Below are positions 21,471 through 33,300 of a stretch of DNA of 64,000 nucleotides, one piece after another (the first letter of the stretch is position 1; each line of letters begins with the position of its first letter). The DNA comes from Corallochytrium limacisporum Hawaii (Eukaryota > Protista > Pluriformea). The stretch covers positions 46,911 to 110,910 of the forward strand of contig PDIP01000089.1 in the NCBI GenBank assembly GCA_002811645.1, in the 5' to 3' direction. The notes below the pieces were generated by a model that did no database searches, was not told the DNA's origin, and saw nothing but the letters and a program-made list of their open reading frames with translations. The position numbers were made by a program, and so were the translations under genes.

Positions 21471-23102
21471 GAGAGGGGGGGGGAGGTCAAATCCCAATCT
21501 TTGAAATAAACGACTGAGCGGCGCTTGGCGCTTGGGGAAGGAAGGTGAGGCCTTGTTAATTCAATTGATTATACATTATTAGGTTTCAGTTTATATTGAC
21601 GCACATCCCCTTGGTTGGCGAAGAGGAAAGTTGGAGGAGCGGAGGACAGGAGGGGGTTGGTTGCAGTTCGGCGGGCGGTTGTGTTCGTGAGAGCGAGGAG
21701 CAGCCTGCGCGGCCACAGATTGGAAGTTCGCGCTGATGACAAGGAAAACTTTCTCTTCACCCTCCCACCCCAACCCCCTTTAGAGCACGAATAAACTTTG
21801 GCAGTACATTCTCCATATATCCAGGCGATGCCGCCGAGGAGCTGCACAATTTGGCACTGAAAAGACAGAGGGGACCAACCACGAATCCGACACCCATCGC
21901 GCTTTGCTTCAAGAAAAAAAATCTTGTGAGAGCCTCCCCCCGGGGGAGTGGGGGGGAGAGAGATGTAAGAGTAGCCGTTGTTCCATAGCTAAACTGCGGG
22001 CCTTAGTCCGTCGTTTTCTACCACCGTCGCTGTGTACGGTGCTCTTGTGCTTGGTTTCTTTTTCTTTTTTTTTTGGTGTGTGTGTGTGTGGTTGCGCTGT
22101 TGGTCCCCAGCAACCCCCCGCAAAGGACGCAACCGGGACCGGGGGCGTCGGGTCCACACACACACACACACATTCTCTGAGAACCGGAGCAAAGAAGCAA
22201 TTGCCCTTTTGTCTTCCCCACTTTGCCACTTCAGGGCAGAGAGGCCGACCCTAAAAGGTTTTTTCTTTGCCTTTGGGAACCCCCCCCTCTAACTTTTCCT
22301 TCCAACATTTTCTTTTTTTTTTTTGGCTTTGGGTTTTGCAAGCAGAGCCCCCACAGTGCGAGCAGGCCTCGTGTTTTGGTGGACGAAGGGCCCGCACACT
22401 TGCCCTGGTTCGGAACGGGCGCGAAATTGTAGGGGGGGGGTGGGAGTATGTGCCCACCTTTCGTGTGCAGAGCCAGCTAAAAGCCAAGGAGGCAACGGTC
22501 AAAAAAATTTAACCCGTTGCGTCGCACAATAAAAAAACAGGGAGGGCAAGTGAATCGCTGGGCAAAATCTTTAAAAAAATCTTTCCCAGCAGAGTCCAGC
22601 GACCAACCTGTGCGGATGTGGGTGAGGGGGGGGCCAGGAGAGGTGGCGGGCAGGCAATTTTTCTACTGGGGTCAGGTCCGCACCGTTCGGGTGATGTGTT
22701 GTCGTTCCCGGTTGCGCCCGTGTTGTGCTCGCGGTTGGGTGGCTTGTTCCAGGAAGCGAGAAGACCTAGACTGAGTACCATCCCATGCACACCACATTTA
22801 GCGATGTGTGGTGCGGTTGTTCGGAGTGACAACTAAGGGAGAGCCAGGGTGTGGTCGTTTGTTATGACATCGCGTTGGTTGGTATTTGAAACATGCCTGG
22901 GTTCTCCACATGATGATATAATATTGTGGATTCACTGTAACAGCATTTGTGTGGAATACGAAGTCTGTGGACCGGGGCATTGACGTTTTTGTCAATTATT
23001 AGCGGAGAAAAAACTAAACAGGACGTAGGCACTGCACATTTCTACAATCCTACAACACAGTTAAAGAAGTCCAGGAAGTAATTTCACTACAAATCAGAAA
23101 TC

Positions 23103-23750
23103 ATGAGCTTCCTGTTCGGTAACAAGAACTCAAAGACCTTCAAGCCGAAGAAGAACATTCCTGAGGGGAGCCGGCAACACCAGCTGAAGAAATATGCTGA
23201 GGCCACGCTTGGTTCTGGAAATCTGCGCTTGGCCGTGAAACTGCCTGAGGGTGAAGACGTAAACGAATGGGTTGCCGTCAACACTGTGGACTTCTTCAAC
23301 CAGATCAATATGCTTTACGGAACCATTACGGAATTCTGCACGCCTGAGGATTGCCCTATTATGTCTGCGGGACCTAAGTATGAATACCACTGGGCAGATG
23401 GTACCACAGTGAAGAAGCCAATCAAGTGCTCCGCACCGGAATACATCGATTTTCTCATGACTTGGGTGCAGCAGCAGCTCGACGATGAAGATATTTTCCC
23501 GTCCAAGATCGGCGTACCGTTCCCGAAGAACTTCCTGTCGATTGCAAAGAACATTCTCAAGCGGCTGTTTCGCGTCTACGCACATGTTTACCACAGCCAT
23601 TTCTCAAAGATTGTAAGCTTGGGCGAAGAGGCACATCTTAACACGAGTTTCAAGCATTTTATCTTCTTCGTGCAGGAGTTCAACCTGATTGAGAAGAAGG
23701 AGCTGGCCCCACTGCAGGAGCTCATTGACCAGCTCATGGCTAAGGAGTGA
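23103..23750 (+). CDS. MOB1: MOB kinase activator 1 (Hippo/NDR pathway)
   Basis: MSFLFG..SKTFKPKKNIPEG..ATLGSGNLRLAVKLPEGEDVNEWVAVNTVDFFNQINMLYGTITEFCT, very close to animal MOB1. Confidence 0.98.
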   Translation: MSFLFGNKNSKTFKPKKNIPEGSRQHQLKKYAEATLGSGNLRLAVKLPEGEDVNEWVAVNTVDFFNQINMLYGTITEFCTPEDCPIMSAGPKYEYHWADGTTVKKPIKCSAPEYIDFLMTWVQQQLDDEDIFPSKIGVPFPKNFLSIAKNILKRLFRVYAHVYHSHFSKIVSLGEEAHLNTSFKHFIFFVQEFNLIEKKELAPLQELIDQLMAKE

Positions 23751-24348
23751 AATGGTCAGGATCATTATTGAAGGGCAAAGTTCGTTGAAGGGCAGGCCAC
23801 ATCAGCCCGTAACAAACATTTTTGAGGTTTGTAATCGCATATCATGTTTGACAACAGCAAGATCACATCTATCATTAAAAGAACATGTAAAAAGCCAGAA
23901 TCAAATCCGGGGTTGTGCTCGACCCAGCGGGACACAGGCAAAAGCAATATCGGTGGCATGGTGGAGGATGCGCAGTATGATCGCGTATCCGTATCACCCC
24001 ACATGTATTATCTATTGTATCAAACAAGTAATCAGAGCGCGTCATTTCGACGTGTTTCCTAACTCGATACAATCACGCATGAATCAATCACAAGTATCAT
24101 AGCCTCAGAGCCAGCCAAATCCTCGTTTTATTTGCAAAGGCATGTGGAGCCGATCATGGCCCAAAGGAACGACCTGGCACTTCCGGAAAGTGAGCGGACC
24201 ATCATGGACATGGCGACCTCTGTTGGAGGCTAGTGATCTCTCGCTGGCCGCCCACCCCATCCCAACCCAACCCCCCTTGCACAACATTATATACACACGG
24301 GGACAGGAGCCCCTGTTTTTTTTTTTTTGCCACCGAACCCCCACGCCC

Positions 24349-24381
24349 GCTGATTGGCCACAGCGCTCTCAGCCAATCAGC
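24349..24381. promoter_or_regulatory. Inverted pair of CCAAT boxes (GCTGATTGGC-N13-GCCAATCAGC)
   Basis: Perfect 10-bp inverted repeat with the NF-Y consensus. The 12-mer CCGCTGATTGGC recurs at 53540-53551. Confidence 0.65.
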
Positions 24382-24459
24382 AGCGTGCAAAAAGAGACTC
24401 CCGGTTTCCCCCCAACTCCCCCCCCCCCCCAAGATAGTGATCCGCTTAATGAATACCGA

Positions 24460-24816
24460 GGGATCCCACCACCACCAGCACGCAAACCCACTCCGGACCC
24501 TTTTGATAGGGACGACCCGGTATCTGCTGACCGCACGCCAAGCAAAACCGTATCATTGAACCGTTGGCGCCTTTAGTGCGATTGGCTAATAAAGTCTACT
24601 ACACTGGTACGATCTGAGGGCGATTTTTCTTCACTCGCGTGGGGTTGGTGGTGGGGAGAAGAGGGGTGGACGAGCCAGGGGCAGCTAGGTCTGTGAACTC
24701 CCCTCATCTATTCGTCGGTCTGGGACGTCGGCGTGACCTCGGGACACCAGATACAGGACAGTGCTGGTGACGGTCACGTTGTTGTCGATCTACACAGACC
24801 TTGGCGATATTTCTGG
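24460..24816 (+). ncRNA. Candidate structured non-coding RNA of unassigned family
   Basis: Several G-U-containing helices: 24464-24483/24637-24656, 24568-24576/24614-24622, 24661-24666/24700-24705, 24724-24750/24764-24786. Upstream CCAAT pair; ends in Sm-like ATATTTCTGG. Confidence 0.45.
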
Positions 24817-24817
24817 A

Positions 24818-26431
24818 TCACAGGAGCCGAACTGCTTCTGTGCTGCTGTTGCTGTTGGCTGTTGTTTCCGCCGGGATGTTGTCCAGTGAGGTCTTGCTCT
24901 TCTTCCGAACCAAGCTACCAGGCCGCGGGTCACCGTCGGGATCCACGTCACTGCGCAATATGTGCGTCTCCGTACCCGGAGCAAACGGCAGCGCAGTGCT
25001 TTCAAGTCCCCCAGCGGTGATCAGCAAAATTTCTGATCGCTGACCACCAATAGCAAACAATCCTAGGCTCTTACCGGTCTCAGGGTTGCGCAGAGCAAGC
25101 ATGCCGCCGGTCGCGACGCCAAGATCCGGTAGAGGACATGCGCCGAGCGCCTGCGCAGGCGCAGGAGTGTGACGGAACCTACAGAATCGTCCCTCGGAGG
25201 TCAAAACAAAAACCGACGCACCATCAACCACAGCACTGCGGGGCCCCCCGGCGATCGACTCCTCCTCTGTGGGCATGGCGGAAGCATGGGAAGATGATGG
25301 TGTCTCAAAAGCCATGGCCACCGCGCCCGCGCAGGAGTCATGGAAAGAGTGCCCCTGGGCCCGTCCGGCACTAATCGCGGCCAGATCCAGGGCAACGAGG
25401 GGCATTGTTCCACCGGCGAGGACATAGCGGCCGTCCTCAGTAACCGATAGGCAATCGATGGCGGGTACTGAGTCCCTGGGCTGCTGCTGCAGATTCGCTA
25501 TCATCTTTCGAGCAGTGGTGCGAACATGCTCGAACAAGGTTCTGATGCTCGGATAGAGCAGAGCGTGAGCATGGTCCTGCCACGGTGCCACGGACAGCAA
25601 AAGATTACCGTTGCCACCGTCCCAGAGGCGAATCCGACCGTCAGTGCCCGACGCAGACAGCAAATGGCCAGTGTGTTCGGCACCTTGCGTCGGTTTCAGT
25701 GCGGCTAAGGCGGTGACATTGCCTCCAGGTCCGACCCCCGAGGAATGAAGCTCGTTCGGAACGCTCGCCCAGGATGGATTCATCGACGATTGCCGGAGAT
25801 CGATGCTGGCAATGTCTGGAGAAGGGGAGGACACGGACGGCTGTCTGTCCTTATGCATTAGCCCGACAAAAACCTGCGTCGCCCGCCGTGGACTGATCTC
25901 GAGGCAAACAGCCAGTCCCACCGTCGATTGTGGTAGCAAGTCCACGACTCTGTACGCCTGAACAGACGCAGAGTTCACAGCTTCCGGACTGAAGAGGACG
26001 ACGACCAGCGTCTCCCAGCGCCAGGCCCGGAGCTGGCCTTTGCTTAAGGTTACCAGGACCCCGCCCGTGAACTTGAGATCAGCAATCGGCCCCATATGGG
26101 CGCGAAAGTGTAGGCGCGGCTGAACAAGAGTCGCCGGATCCGCAGCTGGCGTCGCACGTGAAGTGCCAATGTCGCGATTCCCACCTCGGCGCAGGGCAAG
26201 CAGATCCCAGGCGCTAATGTGCCCGTCAGCGCCTCCGGCGACCAGATACCGACCGTCCGGGCTCAGATCCATAGCAGTAATGAAGCCACCTGCAGGCAGC
26301 AGGCCACTGCAAAGACTGGAGTCACTGCTGCTGCTTAGGTGTCGGAGCCGCGCTTCTTCTTCTGCCGCTCTGATCTCTGGGCCGGTGGCGACATAGTTTG
26401 AGTGGGTTGCAATGGTTTCCGTGGGTATCAT
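24818..26431 (-). CDS. THOC6: WD40 protein, THO complex subunit 6-like
   Basis: LSPDGRYLVAGGADGHISAWDL...PRLHFRAHMGPIADL...GQLRAWRWETL parallels THOC6 [20 protein letters not shown]...PVVTFQAHDGPVYSM...GEVKAWLWAEM. Also contains SGTDGRIRLWD. Confidence 0.65.
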   Translation of the reverse strand: MIPTETIATHSNYVATGPEIRAAEEEARLRHLSSSSDSSLCSGLLPAGGFITAMDLSPDGRYLVAGGADGHISAWDLLALRRGGNRDIGTSRATPAADPATLVQPRLHFRAHMGPIADLKFTGGVLVTLSKGQLRAWRWETLVVVLFSPEAVNSASVQAYRVVDLLPQSTVGLAVCLEISPRRATQVFVGLMHKDRQPSVSSPSPDIASIDLRQSSMNPSWASVPNELHSSGVGPGGNVTALAALKPTQGAEHTGHLLSASGTDGRIRLWDGGNGNLLLSVAPWQDHAHALLYPSIRTLFEHVRTTARKMIANLQQQPRDSVPAIDCLSVTEDGRYVLAGGTMPLVALDLAAISAGRAQGHSFHDSCAGAVAMAFETPSSSHASAMPTEEESIAGGPRSAVVDGASVFVLTSEGRFCRFRHTPAPAQALGACPLPDLGVATGGMLALRNPETGKSLGLFAIGGQRSEILLITAGGLESTALPFAPGTETHILRSDVDPDGDPRPGSLVRKKSKTSLDNIPAETTANSNSSTEAVRLL

Positions 26432-27226
26432 CCTGATCTTTCGTTGTCTTGACCAACTTCCCGGTCTATGCACGATACAATTGGAAGGAATTAGAGTTGT
26501 CTACGGCTTGAACAAACCCTTCAGCTACCTTCCATCATTGTTGTTGCAATATCGCTCAAGGATACATGTATCAGTGACTGGTGTCTTATCCGGTTGTGCA
26601 TCGATCCCTCTCAGACCTGTCCTTGCTACTGCTACTATTGTGGCTTCTCCCTTGAAATAGACGTTCTCAGTATCTCATATAGATTTCATAAACCTAGCCA
26701 ACGACCACCAGGGTCTGCGTTGCTTCTCTCTCGTGAATCTTCTACCTTACGTTTTGGTGAACACGTCGCACGGGCTCTCTCCATGCCGAAGTGGTCCGGC
26801 CGTGCTTGTCCTCTGGGCCCCGGGATCTGTTCCTACGCACGGCGCCGAAAGTACACACAAGCCACCACCGCCACCACTGTCGTCTTCACCAGCAAGCAGC
26901 CCCCACCTCTGTTTTTGCCAGTGGTGGCCCCGCCCCTCCCGGTCGCTTCCTTTAAAGTTTCCTTTTGGCGCCCGTCCGGATTGCGTGTGGGCAACACCTT
27001 GGAGTCAGTAGGAATCAATGGTTGCGGTGGGTGAAAAGGAAATTGTGTTCATGAGAATGATGGTAGTGTGACAGGTTAAAACAGTCTTTAATTGGAATGA
27101 TGCGGAGGAGGATGGCCGTTAACGGAACAAAACAAAGGATCCGTAGACATGGATAAGGGAACATCGTGCATACAAACGACGATATAGTAAAAGTGAGGAT
27201 CAAGTCAAGGAACGTGTCGAGGTACA

Positions 27227-30200
27227 TCACTCAATGCCAAAGCCGCACGTCTCCTCGACCGCAGTGGTCACCTTTTCAAGCAAAGTCTGGTAGTTCTGGT
27301 ACGGTGGCAGATCGATGCGATTGAAACATGTGTGGGACTTGGGTAGTGCCTGCGGACTCAGGGTCCTTACCTTCTCTATCATGAACTTCTTCGGCCCGTT
27401 GGATCCTTGCAAATCACGGAATCCACTGACAGGAATGCGTGAAGTTCCCGTGACAAACTGCACAAAACGCACCTTGCGCTCAACATCGTATGTGTTGACT
27501 GCCTTCCAGAACCACTTGATGACCATATCATTCTCGCTGCAATTCTTGTACTCTGTGTTCTTGCGCAGGTCATCCAGGTCAATGTCCCCGAGACCGCAAA
27601 TTACGAGCTCGAGTTCCTGTTCGTCAAAGAGACGGAGCAGCTGCAGCGGTACCATCTCGTATATGCCATTTAGAAAGGCCTCCAATTGATGATCAATGCC
27701 ACGCAGGAAGTGCCATTCAACAATCTTGTCGACGTACTCCTGCTTGTTGGCGTTGGTCACTGCAACATTGGTACCATTTTCCTTGAGTTCGTGGTGTCGC
27801 TGATCGCCGTAGACTTCATAGTCGACGCTGAAAGTCAGGCCCAAGTCAGCCTCGTCAACGTCGTTGTCAAGGATCCAGAGAAGATTATTGTAGTAGTCTG
27901 GATCAACAGCCTCGAGGTCCTCCAGCACGATTGGTTTGCCCAGGATCTTCTTGTAAATGGGCTGGATGAAGCCAGCATCGACGTAGTGTCCATGGTATAT
28001 GGCCATGCCAATAACACGTCCAATGAATTGGAAGTAGCTCAGGTGGTCTGGATTAATGTCGGACGCCGGATTGATCTGAAGGAGGTAATCGCCTTCTTGG
28101 GCGTAGATGAACAGGCCGTAGGCCGGGTTGAACATTTCCTTAGACAGTGCAAAGAACCATTCACGGGCCACACCACCGTAGTCAAGAGCATCTTCCTGTG
28201 TGAAGGAGATCTTCAACTTGGCCTTGGCCCGTTCTGGCTTCATGCACATGATCTGAGCGTAGCTCTCCTCAAAGATAGTGTCGCGGGTGACGATGATTTC
28301 GCAGGCACCGTGCAAAGGACGGAAAAGTCCACGGAGATAGCTAAGCTTGCGCTTCAGATCCCGACGGTAGCGCGGCAGGCTCATATCCTCTTGGCTCAGG
28401 GACACGCGCGGGTCCTCAAACTGCGTCGTGCGAGTGTTGTGATCAACAAAGTAGGGCCTTCCTTTCGCAGTATAGCGCTGCTCCCAGCCAGGGGGTAAGC
28501 CGACTGTGGAGCTCAGTGCAGTGCCATCAATGCGCTGCAGAGTTATTCGTGGATCATACCAGGTTGAATTCCGTGTGGCGTGGTTGATGAAATAAATCTG
28601 ACCCGCTGGCGTGAGCATGAGCTCCCAGTCGTCCGGCAATGGTCCAAGTCCTCCGCTGTTGGTCGCCGTGCCGGAAGACTGCCCTCCACTGCTGCCACCG
28701 CTGGTACCACCGCTACCGCTGCCGCCATGGGCGGTGGTCGGTGCCGTACCACCTGCCGCCGGTGCCCGTGCAACGGCCGTCATTGACCGACCGACACGGT
28801 CAGCAATACCGACACGGCTGTCTGTCTCCCGGCGCGCCAGTCGCTCCTCGCTCACCGCTGCACTCGGCGGCTCGTCATCTGCGGGCATGAGGTCGCCATC
28901 CACAAGCATATTACGACTACGGAAGTTCATGCGCTGGCTCTGGATACTCTCACGGCGGGCATTGCTACTGCTAGTACTAGCACGGCGTCGACCATTGCGT
29001 GTGCTATCCGTGAAATCGGCACCACTGCCAACGCTGCCGCGATTCAGACTGACTCTTGCGGTGGCGGAGGATATAGTGTTCATTGCAGCGGTGTGGTTAC
29101 CCACAGGGGTCGTTCGGGCGGCAGTGCCTGCCATTTGACTGCGATCAGTGGTTGATCGCCCGCCAGCACCACCAGTGCCTCCATGAAAGGCCGGCTGAGT
29201 CGGTCTCTCCCATTGCGTCGAGCGAGCCGCGTGATTGCAATAGTATACGCGTCCGTTGGCAGCCACACGGGCCTCCCAGCCCGCCGGCAGCTCAATATTC
29301 AACTGCCTCAAGTCAACGCGGGTGGAATCACCGTCCGTTGGGTGCGCGTAGCGAACCTCCCCGCTCCTTTCTCCTGTGGTCTCAGCCGTTAGCTCGTCGT
29401 TTTCGGCCGACCGTCGGTACGATTGGCGGCGAGAAGAGGAATGGCTGCTGCTGTGCGGCAGCGATCCTTCGACACTGTGGCGTTGCTGCGCGGCTGCAGC
29501 GCGGGGGTTGAAGAAAGCACCTTGGCCGTCCGGCATGGGCACTACTCTCTCAGCTGCGGAATTACTACCAGTGATACTCCCGCGCTGCTGTGCAGAAATC
29601 TGTGTGTCTGAGGCGCTCGCGCTGTGCCGCCTCCTTGATCCACGTGACTCGCGCACAATTAGCGGACTGCCAGGCATGTAGCTTACCGCGATCTTCAGCG
29701 AGCCCGCAGTTCCACGACTGCCACCACTGCTTCCGTTCTGACGAGTGCCCGCGGCTGAGGTTGACGAGGCTGACTGCGCCGCGTTATGGTGAGATCCGCT
29801 GACGTGGCGCCATGGACCGGACGCGCTGCTGCTGCCATCGGACCAGGATGTGCGCGGGGCATTGTTAGACATGTTTGGCGATTGACTGGCGAGTGGCGGA
29901 GTGCCGTCGTTGGAAAGATTGCTTGACCCGCGTCGAATGCCACCTGTGCCCCGTGCACGGTGCATAGCGCCTTCGGCAGGCATGCTGCGACTGACCTCCG
30001 CGCTTCCTTGCCCGGTTCCACCTGGTGTGCCCGAAGTCGACGTCGAATTCACTGAATTAACAGAGTTCGAATTGCTCCTGGTGATACGTGGCTCAGGTAC
30101 AACGACGTCCATGGGTCCTGCCTCTGACATGGTCTGTTCTTCTGGTGCGTTCAACGGACAAACGACAATTTGCCTTTGCGTTGTGTTTGATGGTACTGGC

Positions 30201-30952
30201 AAATGGCCTAGGCTGATCCGTTTGCGGCCAATGACCTCGGAGTCGACCGGGTACTGCTGAGCCCGTTGTTGGGTCTCGGGTGCAGAGGTACGCGAGCGGC
30301 GATTCTGCTCACTACTAGCGTTGGCGCCGTGATTCCGCGTATGGTAGACAGTGACGAGGAGGGCCCCGCCCTGCGGCACTTCAACATTGAAAGTCTGGTC
30401 AAATTTTGGTGTGCAGGTCCCCTGCATGACTTTGGTACGGAATACTTGGTTCGGTTGACCCGCGACCTGGACTTCAACATAAGGTGAGGGACTTATCTTG
30501 CGAAAGAGACCGCGCTTAGGCAGATCATAGGCTGCAACAATGGTCAGGCGCAGCTTTACCTTGCCCGGTACTTCTGCTCCCTCTGGTCTCCGCTGCTGGT
30601 TAAAGATAACTGCGCCCGCATTGTCTACACTCGACGTTGACCGCGAAAGCATCAGACTGTGAGTCAGCTCCGGCGATTCGATGGGTCGCGTGCTGATTTC
30701 CACGGATTCTTGCGGCCGTACAATGGCCTGTGCTGCACTTGTAGGTGGTGGCAGCGGCGCTGCTGGTGCCGTGGCCCGTTGATTGCTACGATTGGCACTG
30801 CTACGAGTCCTATTACTACCGCCATTGTTGGCCGCGGACGACCGAGAGTCCGACCGACTGCCCAAGCGTCTCATCGATCCAAGCACGGATCGAACAGATC
30901 CAGATCTACGTGCCCTATTCCCGCTAGAGGACACGGCCGGCGTTGATGCCAT
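27227..30952 (-). CDS. SMURF: C2-WW3-HECT E3 ubiquitin ligase (Nedd4 family, SMURF-like)
   Basis: C2 domain, three WW domains, [13 protein letters not shown] pre-HECT helix, and C-terminus [16 protein letters not shown]...[11 protein letters not shown] typical of SMURF. Confidence 0.85.
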   Translation of the reverse strand: MASTPAVSSSGNRARRSGSVRSVLGSMRRLGSRSDSRSSAANNGGSNRTRSSANRSNQRATAPAAPLPPPTSAAQAIVRPQESVEISTRPIESPELTHSLMLSRSTSSVDNAGAVIFNQQRRPEGAEVPGKVKLRLTIVAAYDLPKRGLFRKISPSPYVEVQVAGQPNQVFRTKVMQGTCTPKFDQTFNVEVPQGGALLVTVYHTRNHGANASSEQNRRSRTSAPETQQRAQQYPVDSEVIGRKRISLGHLPVPSNTTQRQIVVCPLNAPEEQTMSEAGPMDVVVPEPRITRSNSNSVNSVNSTSTSGTPGGTGQGSAEVSRSMPAEGAMHRARGTGGIRRGSSNLSNDGTPPLASQSPNMSNNAPRTSWSDGSSSASGPWRHVSGSHHNAAQSASSTSAAGTRQNGSSGGSRGTAGSLKIAVSYMPGSPLIVRESRGSRRRHSASASDTQISAQQRGSITGSNSAAERVVPMPDGQGAFFNPRAAAAQQRHSVEGSLPHSSSHSSSRRQSYRRSAENDELTAETTGERSGEVRYAHPTDGDSTRVDLRQLNIELPAGWEARVAANGRVYYCNHAARSTQWERPTQPAFHGGTGGAGGRSTTDRSQMAGTAARTTPVGNHTAAMNTISSATARVSLNRGSVGSGADFTDSTRNGRRRASTSSSNARRESIQSQRMNFRSRNMLVDGDLMPADDEPPSAAVSEERLARRETDSRVGIADRVGRSMTAVARAPAAGGTAPTTAHGGSGSGGTSGGSSGGQSSGTATNSGGLGPLPDDWELMLTPAGQIYFINHATRNSTWYDPRITLQRIDGTALSSTVGLPPGWEQRYTAKGRPYFVDHNTRTTQFEDPRVSLSQEDMSLPRYRRDLKRKLSYLRGLFRPLHGACEIIVTRDTIFEESYAQIMCMKPERAKAKLKISFTQEDALDYGGVAREWFFALSKEMFNPAYGLFIYAQEGDYLLQINPASDINPDHLSYFQFIGRVIGMAIYHGHYVDAGFIQPIYKKILGKPIVLEDLEAVDPDYYNNLLWILDNDVDEADLGLTFSVDYEVYGDQRHHELKENGTNVAVTNANKQEYVDKIVEWHFLRGIDHQLEAFLNGIYEMVPLQLLRLFDEQELELVICGLGDIDLDDLRKNTEYKNCSENDMVIKWFWKAVNTYDVERKVRFVQFVTGTSRIPVSGFRDLQGSNGPKKFMIEKVRTLSPQALPKSHTCFNRIDLPPYQNYQTLLEKVTTAVEETCGFGIE

Positions 30953-33300
30953 TCACTACCGTGTGTTTGTGACCGTTAGCTAACCTTTAAATGCTCTCCC
31001 GCAATCCTGGCATTTAAGATTGTGTATCGAGTTACCTACAAAGTATTTTACCCTGGATCTTGAATCGTTTCTATTACCCTTTCTTGTCTGACTCTTTCCG
31101 CAATTGTCTAAGCCTTCTTATGGTGTCCAATACAAGCACGAGCAAGCCCTGGATCTGTTCTTCTGAATCAAGCAGGTGTCACCTCGTTCCTAATTCGACA
31201 CGAAGATCTTTTCTACTCGGTATGCTCACCGGGCTTTGCCGGAGATTTCATCGAGTTTTGATCCAAATACCACACTCCTAATATATGATCGCTCTCTACG
31301 TATCTTATAAATCATTGGTTTTCGGGCACTATTTTATCGCAAAATACGCTGTTTTGGTACAACCATTTGCTCAACTCAGGAGGCGTCGCACTGTAGCGAC
31401 CAAACGGCCTGTTACTCGGCGTCGTCTGTCACAAGGAGAGCTCATGAAACTGAGACAGCAGCACCCATCACACCCAAAGTCCCCATTCGTACGAATTCAT
31501 AGGCCCATCGCCACCACTTTTCATACTCAGAGGCACCACCGCTGCTTCTCACTCTCTCACCTCCGTGTTTCTGGAGCTGCCCCTACCTCTCGAACAATTC
31601 GCGGTTCATTCACTAGGGAAACAGACCCACAGACCCCGGGTGGGCAGGGGTGAGTCCCCCAACGTTCCCTCATTTGCAACCCCCCCCTCCTTCCCCTACC
31701 TTTCACCTTTTTACCACTCACCACCATTTCTTCTCTGGTTGCTGATGCCTGCTCCCTGCCTCTCCCACCGCCTTATTTCGCACTGCTGGTACGTTTGGTA
31801 CAATCTCACGTAGCATTAGCAATGACGTCTCTTTGATGTGTCATCTGCAGAAAATGCCGCATATTTTCTATAGCCATCACGAACAATCCAGGAACAAAAA
31901 AAAAATATCGAGTCGCAGGCTCCAGTGAGACCGCACAATTTTCCCGACTGTCATCTGCAGGCTGTGGGTACTGGATTCTTGGCTATTGGCCGGCCCCTTT
32001 GGCAAGGCCCTAAAGGTTCACAGCCGTTTTCGTGACCGGGGTCTCGGCCAGCCTTTCCACCATTTCGCTAGGCAAGAAAACCCCCCTCAGGGCCAATCTT
32101 TCCTCGCTGCTTACAGCCAGGGGCGCTCAGTGCCTGCTTGGGCTGCAAGACACTCTCTGTTCGCGAAAACCCGGGCCCCTTGCCTTCCTTCCAATTCCTT
32201 CCTTCCCCACCCCCCCCCCCGGCTCTACCTTGGAACGGCCATATAAGTTTTGGTCTCGGTGCTGTTTTTGCGTTGTTAGAATATTCGCCCAGGGCGCTGT
32301 TGAATGGGAAATGTTCGCCAGTTTCGTTTCTCTAAGGACGGCCGATCCCAGGTGTGTTTCTGGGATTTTTTTTTTTTTTTTGCAGGTGCGCTTATCTCGG
32401 GCTCCGTACGCGTGGCCACCGACCTCTATATCGATACTGAATGTACGGGGACAAAGCCCCGTTGCTCCTACCCGACCAGTGAGTGTTGGGTTGGGAAGGA
32501 GGGACACCACGGTAGTAATGCCGAGCGGGACAACCGAGGAGGGGAGGGGGGGGGACTTGACGGAGGGAGGCTGGAGAGGCGAAGGGGGGCGCTTGTTTCC
32601 GAGTCTCCCAGACTACGGCGGCAGCTCCACTTCACCCTCTCCCCTCCCTCCCCCTTCTCCGGGGCCCATAACGAACGGGCCGACCCCGTTGCCTTCCGTC
32701 CGTACGCGCGGGAGAGAACAAAGGGAAGTGGGGGGGAGCCTGGGAGAAGCGCGAGGGAAGGGGAGAGAGAGACACACCGACACAGAGCGAAGCTCAAGGG
32801 TGCGATGTGTTTGGGTGCGGAGGGCCTTGGATTTCCGGTGCATTCAGTACCGTTTCCCCGATAGTGAAGAGAAGCGGGGTGTGGAAAAAGCCCCCACGGC
32901 GGGGGACAAGGGTAAGGGCTTGGGTGGAACAAGGGGTCACTGGAGAGACGGAAGAAGTGCGCTCCGGTTCCTTCGATGGGTGCCGTGAAGACCCGGCAAC
33001 AAGTGGCTCTCTGTATGGACCTCTGGAAATTTCTTTCCTTTTTGTTTCTTTTGCTGTGAACCCTTCTCTTTTAAATAAAATTAGGATGACGAGGAACAAA
33101 CTACATTATCTTCGGAGTGTATAGTGTTCTCTGTTAAGGTAGATCAAAGACTTTAACAATTTCACACAGTAACGTAGACCACTGAGAATAAATGCGTGAC
33201 CAAAAAGTGAAATTGTATGACATGGAAATCAGGGTAAAATAGAAAACATGGGTGTATAGATACTGGATCAACGGCAGTGGAAGTACATAGCTCGTTGACC

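Noticed and set aside
24611-24624. GATCTGAGGGCGAT resembles the 5' end of 7SK RNA
   Set aside because: Short match in the interior of the element; no partner GATC strand or Pol III terminator.
24713-24820. Hairpin acting as a SECIS or readthrough element for the THOC6 TGA stop
   Set aside because: G-U pairs favour the opposite (plus) strand, there is no SECIS quartet, and the readthrough peptide is short and uninformative.
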